The position numbers and the translations under genes are program-made. Of a stretch of 64,000 nt of DNA, positions 21,851 through 33,148 are shown in pieces. Within the stretch, counting starts at the first letter, position 1, and every line of letters starts with the position of its first letter. The DNA is from an uncultured Gammaproteobacteria bacterium. GTDB taxonomy: Bacteria; Patescibacteriota; Patescibacteriia; UBA10025; JAHIVO01. The notes beneath the pieces were generated by a model, which saw only the letters and a program-made list of their open reading frames with translations, made no database searches and was not told where the DNA came from. The stretch spans positions 58,013 to 122,012 of the forward strand of contig CAZQBL010000007.1 of NCBI GenBank assembly GCA_964592105.1, in the 5' to 3' direction.

Positions 21851-23197
21851 CTAATCTTTCAAATAATTTTTCAAATAATCCACCAATTCCTCCATCGCTA
21901 CCCGATCTTGTTTCATCGTATCTCGATCACGAACCGTCACTTTTTTATCTTCCAATGAATCAAAATCCACGGTCACACAATATGGCGTACCAATCTCATC
22001 TTGTCGGCGATACCGCCGGCCAATCGAAGCCACATCATCATAGGCAGTCATAAAATGCGGCTTTAGCTCATGATAAATATCCACAGCAACCTTGCTCAAG
22101 TGTTCTTTTTTGAATAATGGCAAAACAGCCACTTTGTACGGCGCTAAGTCCTTATGTAAGCGTAAAACCACCTCCCTCTCTTTATTACTCTCCGTGGTGG
22201 TGGTTCGCCCACCCTTAACTTCGTCATAGGCATCAAGCAAAAATGCCAGAACCGCCCGATCTACCCCGGCTGACGGCTCAATAACATACGGTACAAATTC
22301 TTCCTTAGTCAAATCATCTTTGTAGCTGAATCCGTGCGCCTTCAGATCAAAGTCAGTCCGGTTGGCAATACCCATCAGCTCGGCAAAACCCTTGTCAAAT
22401 GGAAACTTGTATTCAATATCAGTGGTGGCTTTTGAATAATGCGCCAACTCTGTTTTTGGCTGCTCAAATAATCTCAAATTTTCTTTTTTTATTCCCAAAC
22501 CAATAAACCAGTTGTAGCTATCCTCCACCCATTGCTTGAACATCTTGTCATCATCTTTTGGATTGATAAAATATTCTATTTCCATTTGTTCAAATTCACG
22601 GGAACGGAAAATAAAATTACCCGGAGTTATCTCATTTCTAAAAGCTTTACCGATCTGGGCAATGCCAAACGGCACACGCAAGCGCATGGCCTGCCGGACA
22701 TTATCAAAATTAATAAAAATATTTTGGGCTGTCTCGGGACGTAAATATGCAATTGCTGATGAATCCTCCACCGGGCCGACAAATGTCTTAAACATGGTGT
22801 TAAACTGCCGTTCAGCAGTTAATTCGCCACCACAATCTGGACACTTCTTTTTCTTAGTTCTTGGTTCTGTGTTCTGGGCTAGATCGTCCATCTTAAAACG
22901 ATGATGACACTTTTTACATTCAACCAGCCTGTCAGAAAATCCTTTCAAATGCCCGCTTTTTCCCCACACGGTCGGATTGGTGATGATACTGGAATCCAAA
23001 CCAACTATTTCCTGCCGTTCTTGCACGAATTTTTTCCACCAGGCTTTTTTAATATTATTCTTCAGCTCTACGCCCAAAGGCCCAAAATCCCAAAATCCCT
23101 GCAATCCCCCGTATTTTTCACCTGATGGAAAAATAAATCCTCTGATTTTGCACAGGGAAATAAGCTTGTCCATAATAGTATTTTCGTTTATTTTCAT
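21851..23197 (-). CDS. glyQS: glycyl-tRNA synthetase, dimeric class II type
   Basis: 448 aa; class II motifs, a Zn-ribbon-like CxxC...CxxC insertion and a C-terminal anticodon-binding domain. Confidence 0.9.
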   Translation of the reverse strand: MKINENTIMDKLISLCKIRGFIFPSGEKYGGLQGFWDFGPLGVELKNNIKKAWWKKFVQERQEIVGLDSSIITNPTVWGKSGHLKGFSDRLVECKKCHHRFKMDDLAQNTEPRTKKKKCPDCGGELTAERQFNTMFKTFVGPVEDSSAIAYLRPETAQNIFINFDNVRQAMRLRVPFGIAQIGKAFRNEITPGNFIFRSREFEQMEIEYFINPKDDDKMFKQWVEDSYNWFIGLGIKKENLRLFEQPKTELAHYSKATTDIEYKFPFDKGFAELMGIANRTDFDLKAHGFSYKDDLTKEEFVPYVIEPSAGVDRAVLAFLLDAYDEVKGGRTTTTESNKEREVVLRLHKDLAPYKVAVLPLFKKEHLSKVAVDIYHELKPHFMTAYDDVASIGRRYRRQDEIGTPYCVTVDFDSLEDKKVTVRDRDTMKQDRVAMEELVDYLKNYLKD

Positions 23198-23485
23198 AAA
23201 ACAATTATACCGATTTTAATGATTTTTAGCAATAAATTTCACACTCAAATAAACTGAAATCTTAAAATCAGCAGTACTATATTTTTTTGAATTTGGATCC
23301 GGATCTTCTTTGAACCTATCAAATAAGGCATCAAAACAACCAAAAGTCTACAAATAAAAGAGCCGACGTCTCTTTTCTGCCGTTTTTCTGGACGGACAGA
23401 CAAGCGGCCAACTCTTGACTAAAATCACAAACATGCTACCATTACCCAATTCATTGATGCACCTTAAAAATCATGGGAAGAAAAG

Positions 23486-24193
23486 TTGAAAATAATACTG
23501 ATCATTTTTATTTGTTTACTTCTCGCCATCGAAATTGAAGCCATAAGCTGCAATCCGCCATCATATCTAAATGCGGGAGTAACTGCCCAAATACAAATTG
23601 ATTCTCTCCGGCAATGTCCATCGCCAGATACCCTGACACTGGCCATTCTCCTGCACAACCAGGCATTTTACACAAAAAACAAAGATGCCAAAAAACAAGC
23701 GGGGCAGTTCTTTAGTCAGCTACCACAGACAGTTGTCGTCCAAATGTACCAGCATTCATTACGATTGATGGACATCCGCGACCAGGGAAAAATAAACAAA
23801 TTGTTCGGTGTAGTAACCGGGGGATTGATTAAAAATGCCCGCGAACATATCCACCTGATGTCAAAACTGCTAGCCGACGACCCGGCCAATGACACGCTGC
23901 TATTCCTACATAGCTCAGCTATCATTGAAGCAGCCGAACACCTGCCAGAATTCATTCCCGATGCCCAGGACGAAATCAATCGGTTGCGGCAGCTCATCCC
24001 TCCCGATGATACGGTTAAATGGTTTTTTATCGAGCTGATTGAAGCAAAATATTTTTTTAAACGGGCCCTGACGACTGGGGAAGCTAGACATCTTTCCACG
24101 GCTAAAAAGTATTTAGATCGCGCCAAGCAATTGGCATGCGACGCATACCACGTTGCCCAGATCGAATGGTGGGATAAACGAATAAAAAAATAA
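23486..24193 (+). CDS. secreted helical protein, unknown function
   Basis: Signal peptide MKIILIIFICLLLAIEIEA; 235 aa, predicted mostly alpha-helical. Confidence 0.45.
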   Translation: MKIILIIFICLLLAIEIEAISCNPPSYLNAGVTAQIQIDSLRQCPSPDTLTLAILLHNQAFYTKNKDAKKQAGQFFSQLPQTVVVQMYQHSLRLMDIRDQGKINKLFGVVTGGLIKNAREHIHLMSKLLADDPANDTLLFLHSSAIIEAAEHLPEFIPDAQDEINRLRQLIPPDDTVKWFFIELIEAKYFFKRALTTGEARHLSTAKKYLDRAKQLACDAYHVAQIEWWDKRIKK

Positions 24194-24230
24194 GCAGGAT
24201 TCTATTCAGAAGAACCCTGCTTTTTATTTT
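24192..24230. terminator. bidirectional Rho-independent terminator between convergent genes
   Basis: AAGCAGG-(17 nt)-CCTGCTT hairpin flanked by TTTTTATTTTA on the plus strand and ATTTTTT on the minus strand. Confidence 0.45.
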
Positions 24231-24250
24231 ATACTGATACCAAGGAGCAA

Positions 24251-25489
24251 TTACAATTGCGGATTTTGAACGGCCGCCACAAGCTTGCGCCTGACTGACT
24301 CCAGTAAGACCGCCGGCCCGGGCATATATTGATGGAATAACGACCGCGCTTCCCTGAGCTGCATGTCGAGCGCGGCACACACCGGTTTTTTGAAATTTTT
24401 CTCGTTGACTTTTTGTATCCGGCTGAGAATAACCGTAAAACCTTTATCGATTTTGGCAATCTCCGCCTCAATCAAGGTTCGGCGAGGCTTAAACTGTAAT
24501 TGGGTGATGTAGGTGATGAAATTTTCCAGATCGGTGCGAACTGCGCGCAACTTCAGTGATTCACGGCTAACTGACAAAGCCTGCCGAGCATAACCGAATT
24601 TCCGACGATCAATGTACCAGGCCGCTCGTTTTAATTCCTCGCGAAGATTTTTGTCGGGAAAAACAAACGGCTCAATTCTCAACTGGTCAAGTTCCGCGGC
24701 AAAAAACTTAAGCCGGCTGGAAACTTTTTTCTCAAGACCAGGATGCTTGACGAAATAAGCGCTTTCCAGATGCGGATACAAACGCTCAATAAAATCGCTC
24801 ACGGCCAGATGACGAAACTCCAATATCTCAATCAGGCTTTTCAAGGCTTGACGGCGGGCGGCCACCTGTGGTTCAATGCGAAAAATGGCATCCAGTCGTT
24901 CCTGCAAACGGCGGCGCAAGGCATCAACCTGGGATATTTTTGCTGAAGGGTTAACGCGCTGCCAACTGTCCAGCACCTGTTTTAAAATTATTGCCAAATT
25001 GCGCGCCTGGCGTTTCAACTCATCTCGCGGCTGAAGGCCTATTTGCTTGATCACCATATCGGCACTGGTCTCAACTTGGGAAAACAACTTATTTAAATTA
25101 CCTTTCCGCAAACCAATTAAAACATCATGCAAACGCTGAGTATGCTCCAGGGCCATTTGCAAAGCCTGTTTTTCTCCGGATTCAAAAGTCCGACCGTAAT
25201 TCTGGTGCAAGATATGCAGTGTCTGGCGCAAGGCGGTATAAACATCCGGAACAACTTGAAATATCAGAATATCCCCCGTGTATTTAATCTTCGTACGCGA
25301 TAAAGTCGTCTGCTCTAAAGCTTCATGGGCCAACTGGTTTTCCCAGAACGGCACGCCTATCTGGCCAGTCATTGGCGGGTCGATAAATAGCACCAATCCG
25401 GCTGGCAAACTTTGTGCCCGGACTTTTTTCACTTTCCCCACTCCCATCGAAATTTTAACATTAACAATACCGGTTCGGCTTAACATCAC
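24251..25489 (-). CDS. hypothetical protein (412 aa), unknown family
   Basis: Intact ORF, largely helical with Arg/Leu-rich repeats; no confident motif. Confidence 0.45.
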   Translation of the reverse strand: MMLSRTGIVNVKISMGVGKVKKVRAQSLPAGLVLFIDPPMTGQIGVPFWENQLAHEALEQTTLSRTKIKYTGDILIFQVVPDVYTALRQTLHILHQNYGRTFESGEKQALQMALEHTQRLHDVLIGLRKGNLNKLFSQVETSADMVIKQIGLQPRDELKRQARNLAIILKQVLDSWQRVNPSAKISQVDALRRRLQERLDAIFRIEPQVAARRQALKSLIEILEFRHLAVSDFIERLYPHLESAYFVKHPGLEKKVSSRLKFFAAELDQLRIEPFVFPDKNLREELKRAAWYIDRRKFGYARQALSVSRESLKLRAVRTDLENFITYITQLQFKPRRTLIEAEIAKIDKGFTVILSRIQKVNEKNFKKPVCAALDMQLREARSLFHQYMPGPAVLLESVRRKLVAAVQNPQL

Positions 25490-25610
25490 CTCACTCCTTT
25501 TTATGTTGATTTATAGATTTTTCAAATTGCTCTTTTTAATACCTAATAATAATATTACCAACCCTAATGTTGTCAAGCCGTGGCAATACCGCTATAATTA
25601 CTATATAACT

Positions 25611-25988
25611 ATGCGAAAAAACCTGTATAAAATCATAGGATCAATGGCTACGATAGCCGCTTTCATATTATCGGCCAAAAATTCCCTGGCCCAGAAAGTT
25701 GAACTCCCCAGCGATCTCCAGCAATTCGCCACAGAAAACAGACTGACAACAGAAGGGCCGCAAGCTCTTACGGTTAGGACAATCCAGTGGATTTTGGGAT
25801 TTCTTGGGTTGGTAGCCGTTATAATGGTAATATACGGCGGTATAACCTGGATGACTTCGGCGGGCAATGAAAAAAAAATCACTCAAGCAAAACAAATTCT
25901 GACCTATTCGGTAATAGGCCTGGTTATAATACTTTTATCCTGGTCTTTCGTGACCTTTATTATCAGCAGACTCGACGAGTTTTCCTAA
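25611..25988 (+). CDS. small secreted two-TM protein resembling type IV secretion-system pilins (TrbC/VirB2-like) common in Patescibacteria
   Basis: Signal peptide (MRKNLYKIIGSMATIAAFILSAKNSLA) and two C-terminal TM helices flanking GGITWMTSAGNEKK. The start is taken at the internal Met 25611 because the upstream part of the track ORF overlaps the 24251..25489 gene. Confidence 0.4.
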   Translation: MRKNLYKIIGSMATIAAFILSAKNSLAQKVELPSDLQQFATENRLTTEGPQALTVRTIQWILGFLGLVAVIMVIYGGITWMTSAGNEKKITQAKQILTYSVIGLVIILLSWSFVTFIISRLDEFS

Positions 25989-26001
25989 AAAACAAAAAAG
26001 C

Positions 26002-28767
26002 CTAGAGAGCTTCGGCTCTTTTCACTGTTATCTTGCCGCCGGCTTCCAAAACCGCCACATCACGACGGCCGATTTTACCTTGCAAAAAATAAGTAGCCAA
26101 TGCATTATCAACATAATCCTGAATGGCACGCCGCAATGGTCTAGCACCAAAAACTGGGTCAAAACCAAGACGAGCTATTTCCTCCCGTGCCGCTGGAGTC
26201 GATTCCAACCGCACACCTTTAGCCGCTAAGCGTCCGGCGACCTGTTTCAACATCAGGTCTACAATCTGAATAATATGCTCCAAAGACAGTGGCCGGAAAA
26301 TAATGATATTATCGAACCGATTAAGGAATTCCGGGCGGAAATACGGTTTTAATTCTTCGTTCACCAATTCATCCTTGATGCGAGGCAAGGGAATATTTTC
26401 CAAAATTCGTTTCTGAATCAAGGCCGTGCCAGCATTGGAAGTGGCAATCAAAATCACGTTGGTGAAATCTATGGTCCTCCCAAAAGTGTCGGTCAAACGG
26501 CCGTCATCCATGACCTGCAGGAAAACGTTGAGAATGTCAGGATGGGCCTTTTCTATTTCATCGAGTAGAATCAAAGAAAAAGGTTTTGATCGGACGGCCT
26601 CGGTCAAATAGCCGCCTTCACCGGCCCCGCTGTAACCGGGCGGTGCGCCGATCAAACGATTTAAAGATGATTTTTCCTGATACTCGGACATATCCAGACG
26701 AATCATGCTATTTTCCGAACCAAAATAAACTTCGGCCACGGTTTTGGCCAGCTCGGTTTTACCCACGCCTGTCGGACCAAGAAACAAAAGATTGACAATT
26801 GGCCGACGAATGTCGCGCAATTCTGTCCTTGCCCGACGTAAAGCCGAAGCCACGGCTGCCACAGCCTCCTCCTGATCTACCATGCGCTCGTGAATTCTTT
26901 CTTCCATCTTTAATAACTTCTCCGTTTCTTTTTCCGTGATTTTCGTCATGGGCACGTTGGTTTTAGTGGAAATAACTTCAGCCACGTCTTCAGCGCTGAC
27001 CACAGAGTTAGTCCCCTTTTTCCGATGGACGTAAACAGCTACTTCTTCCAGTAAAGAAATGGCTTTATCCGGCAAATATCTTTCATGAATATACCGTTCT
27101 GACAGCTGGACCGTCTTGGCAATTGATTTATAGGAAAAATAAACTCGATTTTTGGCTTCAATTATCCCTGCTTTACCTTCCAAAACTAGAATAGCACCAT
27201 TGGTATCCGGTTCTTCAACCGAAACTTTCTGAAAAACCGAGGTTAGCAAGCTGCTGGGCTCAATATAGCGACGATAATCCAGAGGCGTGGTAGTGGCCAA
27301 GCAAAAAAACAATCTCTTTTGTAAAGCACTGGCTAGTATATCAGAAATATCCAGATTCTCGGCGCCTTCCGTGGAAACACCAACCATGTTCTGAATATTA
27401 TCAATAAACAAAACGATGTTGCCGGAACGGGTTATTTCGTTTATTAGCTGTAAAATTAACCCTTCCAGCTCGCCTTGCCGTCCAGCCGCTCCAACTAAAG
27501 AGGCAACAGACAAACTGACCAGCCGTTTATCCTGCAACGTCTCCGGCACTTCTTCCGAAGCCATGAGTTCAGCGATACCCTCGATGATACTGGTTTTACC
27601 CACGCCGGGATTGCCGCTAAAAATAACATTCTTGCCGCCTTCGATAATACGCAAGGCCTGTTCAATCTCTCTGTCCCGTCCGATACAGGGTGCCAGGACG
27701 CCGCGCCTGGCCAGCTGCGTCAGATCACGACTAAATCTGTCCAGAAGAGGCGTAGCCTGGGCAGTCATGGCCTTATTCATGCCGCCTTTGGATTTGTATA
27801 CGGCCTTACCGCGCCAGTGCTGCCATCTTTCCGCCAGTCGCTTCTGAATATTAAGCCACTCAACCACATTAGCTATTTCGTCCAATTCAATTTCCAAATC
27901 ATAAAATATTTCTCGCGAGGTTTCATCTATTTTCACCAAAGCCACCAGCAACTGCGGTATATCCACTCTAGACTGCCTGGACTGATAAGCTTCATAGTAA
28001 GCTGTTAATAAAACTTTTTTAAAATCAACTGATAGAGAAATGCTACCTTGGCTATAGGCGGGAATTTTATTCAGGCTTCTGGAAATTTTCTCTACTAAAG
28101 TCTTGCCATCGACTCCCAATCGGGCCAGGGCAGTTCTGGTCTGCGGCGCCGACAAAAGAACGGCCAGTAAGTGCAATGGTTTCGTAGTCTGATTCTTTAA
28201 CTGTCTGGACAACTGCCAGGCCTGCTCTACGAATCTTTGGGCACTGGAAGTATAAGTCGCCGATACGTCTATTATTTTTTTCTTATCCGCGGACACGGCG
28301 GTTTCAAAGAGAGCCTCGGGTGTCTCCAGGGTCAAGAGCGAATCAAACTGCCTGGATTTAACGCGCTTTTCCAGAATAGATTCCCGTTGCATCCGGTAAT
28401 AAGCGTATAAATCGGTCAGCAAGGTCACAGCAAAAATGGCCATGAGGCTGTTCCGTTCTTTCAGAAATCCCAAAAATCCAGAACTCAAATTATTAGAGGT
28501 TACAACGGTAACCACGGCAGCGGCAATTCCGATTACCCCAAACAAAATCAAAATGCCATTAATCATGGCTTTAACTGATCTCTCAATCTCACCTTCAAAA
28601 ATCCGCAAAGCGTCGACTTTTCTGCTCCAATATAAAATATCCCCTTCTAACCAGGCCATTACGCCTTTCTCTCCGCAACGTCGGCACGAACCCTGATTAT
28701 CAAAACCAGCCCCCTGGCAAAAAGGACACGTTAATATGACAAAATTTTTACCCGTCTTCTCGGCCAT
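26002..28767 (-). CDS. ClpC/ClpA-like double AAA+ chaperone ATPase with an N-terminal zinc ribbon and two TM helices
   Basis: N-terminal CPFC...CRRC zinc ribbon, two hydrophobic helices (~res 60-110), Clp_N-like repeats, AAA-1 GNPGVGKT and AAA-2 GPTGVGKT Walker A motifs, sensor and ClpB_D2-small C-terminus. Confidence 0.8.
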   Translation of the reverse strand: MAEKTGKNFVILTCPFCQGAGFDNQGSCRRCGEKGVMAWLEGDILYWSRKVDALRIFEGEIERSVKAMINGILILFGVIGIAAAVVTVVTSNNLSSGFLGFLKERNSLMAIFAVTLLTDLYAYYRMQRESILEKRVKSRQFDSLLTLETPEALFETAVSADKKKIIDVSATYTSSAQRFVEQAWQLSRQLKNQTTKPLHLLAVLLSAPQTRTALARLGVDGKTLVEKISRSLNKIPAYSQGSISLSVDFKKVLLTAYYEAYQSRQSRVDIPQLLVALVKIDETSREIFYDLEIELDEIANVVEWLNIQKRLAERWQHWRGKAVYKSKGGMNKAMTAQATPLLDRFSRDLTQLARRGVLAPCIGRDREIEQALRIIEGGKNVIFSGNPGVGKTSIIEGIAELMASEEVPETLQDKRLVSLSVASLVGAAGRQGELEGLILQLINEITRSGNIVLFIDNIQNMVGVSTEGAENLDISDILASALQKRLFFCLATTTPLDYRRYIEPSSLLTSVFQKVSVEEPDTNGAILVLEGKAGIIEAKNRVYFSYKSIAKTVQLSERYIHERYLPDKAISLLEEVAVYVHRKKGTNSVVSAEDVAEVISTKTNVPMTKITEKETEKLLKMEERIHERMVDQEEAVAAVASALRRARTELRDIRRPIVNLLFLGPTGVGKTELAKTVAEVYFGSENSMIRLDMSEYQEKSSLNRLIGAPPGYSGAGEGGYLTEAVRSKPFSLILLDEIEKAHPDILNVFLQVMDDGRLTDTFGRTIDFTNVILIATSNAGTALIQKRILENIPLPRIKDELVNEELKPYFRPEFLNRFDNIIIFRPLSLEHIIQIVDLMLKQVAGRLAAKGVRLESTPAAREEIARLGFDPVFGARPLRRAIQDYVDNALATYFLQGKIGRRDVAVLEAGGKITVKRAEAL

Positions 28768-29274
28768 TTATTTAAATAATATATTTACGCCAGCCAACTG
28801 GTACAAAATAAATAAAATAATCACCACAGGCAAAATCAGCCAAGCCAGGAAAAGAATTATTAAAAATATCAGCCAAAAAATCATCTGAATTAGTTTCCAT
28901 AAAAGCACAATTACGCGCATGAAACCGCTGATGATGCGGCCCTCAATGGTGTAGTCGCCATACATCGGTTTAAAAATATTGCTGATCCAAATACCCAAAG
29001 CCAAGCGTCTGTTAATTTGAAACTGGATGCTTTCTAAACAATATCTACCGATACGTGCCGTTCCTTTGGTGTACCACCACACAGGAAAATAAATAATATC
29101 CCACAGCACCTCAATAAATATGTATTTAATGGTGGCCACTAAAATGTTATCGTTCATGAGTATTTTTTGTAAATAACATCTTAATTGTAACATATTTTTT
29201 CGATTTTGTCCAGATAAATATTCCAGGCAAGTATTCAGCATCACCATATAATGGAGGTATATGAAACAGACCAA
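28768..29274 (-). CDS. polytopic membrane protein of unknown function, translationally coupled to the Clp-like ATPase
   Basis: Its TAA stop is immediately followed by the ATG of the downstream gene (TAAATGGCC); hydrophobic throughout. Confidence 0.35.
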   Translation of the reverse strand: MVCFIYLHYMVMLNTCLEYLSGQNRKNMLQLRCYLQKILMNDNILVATIKYIFIEVLWDIIYFPVWWYTKGTARIGRYCLESIQFQINRRLALGIWISNIFKPMYGDYTIEGRIISGFMRVIVLLWKLIQMIFWLIFLIILFLAWLILPVVIILFILYQLAGVNILFK

Positions 29275-29394
29275 TAATTTATGTTTTCACAGCCAAACAA
29301 ATATTATGCCCCGGACCAATGGCTAAAACTAAATTTAGAAAAAGACCTATACAGACAAAGCCGCCAGGGTTTCTTATGACATATGATGGCCCTT

Positions 29395-29907
29395 TTAAAA
29401 AATAAACTCCAGACCGCTCACTTGGCTGGCAATCCATAAGGCCAGAGAAAAAATAATAGTTGCGTGGAGTCCGGCGAAAAAATCATCCAGCATTACACCC
29501 CAATAACTGTTATGATTATCGAAAAATTTGGCGAGTCCGAACTTGGCGGTATCCATAGCCCTGAACAAAAAAAAGCCGATAGCCAAAGTCAACCATGACT
29601 TTTGAAAATAATAAAGCGGTAGCATGGTCACCATGGTTCCCACCCACTCGTCGATCACGATTAACTTATTGTCATGATCTTTTTTGGTCCTTAAAGAAAA
29701 AAATTCATCAGCATATTTTGACGACCAAAAACCAAGTAGTAAAATCACCACGAGAAGCAACAGATAATAAAACAAAGGTAGATCCAGAAGCCACCAACAT
29801 ACTACCACCATAAAAGCCGAACTCCAGCTGCCCGGCGCCAGTGGGCCATAGCCAAAACCAAACCCTGTAGCCAGAGCTAGCTTAATTTTTTTTATCAGTT
29901 TGTCCAT
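29395..29907 (-). CDS. pgpA: phosphatidylglycerophosphatase A
   Basis: GFGFGYGPLAPGSWSS signature and polytopic PgpA topology. Confidence 0.75.
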   Translation of the reverse strand: MDKLIKKIKLALATGFGFGYGPLAPGSWSSAFMVVVCWWLLDLPLFYYLLLLVVILLLGFWSSKYADEFFSLRTKKDHDNKLIVIDEWVGTMVTMLPLYYFQKSWLTLAIGFFLFRAMDTAKFGLAKFFDNHNSYWGVMLDDFFAGLHATIIFSLALWIASQVSGLEFIF

Positions 29908-29910
29908 GAT

Positions 29911-30387
29911 CTAAGTCAAAAATAATGAAAAGACCAGCTCGTCCCGCCCCGGATAATAATGGTTGCGTAAAACCGCTTCCTGCTGCATGCCCTTATCAAT
30001 GAAAAACCGTTTGATGTTCCGGGAATCGGCATGAATAAGAGAAAACACTTTGCGCAAGCGCCAGCCGTGTTCGCGGTAATAATTATCCGCCTCTGCTAAC
30101 ATGACGTCAAAAAGTGCCTCTTTAACAGCTAAAGGATCGGAATAATCCGAAAGTACAGCCAAACGGCGAAGTTCGGCCACGCCATGCCGCAATGTCCCCT
30201 GCGAGCGCCAACTTATTAAACCGACTACGCCACTTTCTGTTTCAGCCACCCGAAAATGATCTTTGTTTTTTAGTTCCTCCTGAAAACATTTACGCGCTTC
30301 AACCAGAGACGAAAAATTGTATTTCTTTTTCAGAAGTTTCGAAACCACCAAGCTGTCCTTAAGAGAAGCTCTACGTACTGTAATCAT
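29911..30387 (-). CDS. GNAT-family N-acetyltransferase
   Basis: 158 aa; C-terminal GNAT fold sequence (ELRRLAVL...YYREHGWRL...FFIDKGMQQE). Confidence 0.5.
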   Translation of the reverse strand: MITVRRASLKDSLVVSKLLKKKYNFSSLVEARKCFQEELKNKDHFRVAETESGVVGLISWRSQGTLRHGVAELRRLAVLSDYSDPLAVKEALFDVMLAEADNYYREHGWRLRKVFSLIHADSRNIKRFFIDKGMQQEAVLRNHYYPGRDELVFSLFLT

Positions 30388-30396
30388 ATTTATTTG

Positions 30397-31128
30397 TCAT
30401 TGATTTTTATTAAGTTCGTCGTCGATGATTTTCTTGAATTCACTCAGCGATCTCGCACCCTCCACCTTCTGATCATTAATGAAGAATGTTGGTGTTGCCG
30501 TGACTTTATTGCTGCGCCCCACGGCCGTATCACTGAAAACCTCAGATCTCATCTGGTTGGAATCAAGGCATGATTTCATTACCTCCGAACTGATACCAGC
30601 CTGGGCGGCATAGCTTTGAAATTTTTGAACAGGATCGCTGGCACTCACCCATTCGGACTGATGCGAGAAGATAATATCGTAAAACTCCCAAAATTTTCCC
30701 TGATTATAAGCACATTCGCCGGCTTCCAGAGATTTTTCCGACCATTGATGTCCGATATTATAGCTATTAAAGACAATTCTAACTTGTTCGGGATAGATTT
30801 TGGCTATTTCCTTGACTATCGGAGCTGCAACCGCGCAGGCCGGACAGCTAAAATCAGAAAATTCGACTATAGTCACCTTGGCCGTTTCACTACCCAAGGT
30901 CGGATTGCCACTAACAGCCGCCAATAGATCGGTGTTGGTGTTATTACCGTTTGAGTCTGTAACAGCCAAGTAAACAAGCCCGCCGACTACTATGACTACG
31001 ACACAGATGACAATAACGGTGGCCATCTTTCTGCGTCGGTAGCGCTGGTTTCTTTGATCATCGATTGCCTGCTTTTTCAGCTCGCGTCGCTGACGCTTGG
31101 TTAGGCGCTGATCAATTTGATCTTCCAT
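30397..31128 (-). CDS. DsbA-like thiol:disulfide oxidoreductase, membrane-anchored
   Basis: N-terminal charged segment and TM helix; thioredoxin-fold active site FSCPACA; DsbA-like helical insertion. Confidence 0.7.
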   Translation of the reverse strand: MEDQIDQRLTKRQRRELKKQAIDDQRNQRYRRRKMATVIVICVVVIVVGGLVYLAVTDSNGNNTNTDLLAAVSGNPTLGSETAKVTIVEFSDFSCPACAVAAPIVKEIAKIYPEQVRIVFNSYNIGHQWSEKSLEAGECAYNQGKFWEFYDIIFSHQSEWVSASDPVQKFQSYAAQAGISSEVMKSCLDSNQMRSEVFSDTAVGRSNKVTATPTFFINDQKVEGARSLSEFKKIIDDELNKNQ

Positions 31129-31198
31129 ATAATTAATAAATTGTGTATAAATAATCTTGAGTTTGTATTATACCCGAAAAAAATATTTTCATCAATAA

Positions 31199-31228
31199 TT
31201 AAAAAGGCAGGGCAAAATCCTGGCCTTG
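31199..31228 (-). terminator. putative Rho-independent terminator downstream of tgt
   Basis: Minus strand reads AAGGCCAGGATTTTGCCCTGCCTT followed by TTTTAATTATT; imperfect stem. Confidence 0.3.
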
Positions 31229-31357
31229 TAATTCTACTCCGAATTTGTGCCAGGCAGAAAACCGTAATTCACCGCATAAATACTATTGGGGAAATCCGGA
31301 TGGCAACTGTCCAAAGACCTGCCCATTATTACCTTTACTTTTTTACCAAGCCATCGT

Positions 31358-33119
<1,762 letters not shown>

Positions 33120-33148
33120 CTAGGCAAAATCCAGGCCAATAAAATAAA

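Noticed and set aside
25278-25610. Upstream 111 codons of the 25278..25988 track ORF
   Set aside because: It overlaps the 5' end of the oppositely oriented 24251..25489 gene. The conserved pilin-like protein starts at the internal Met 25611.
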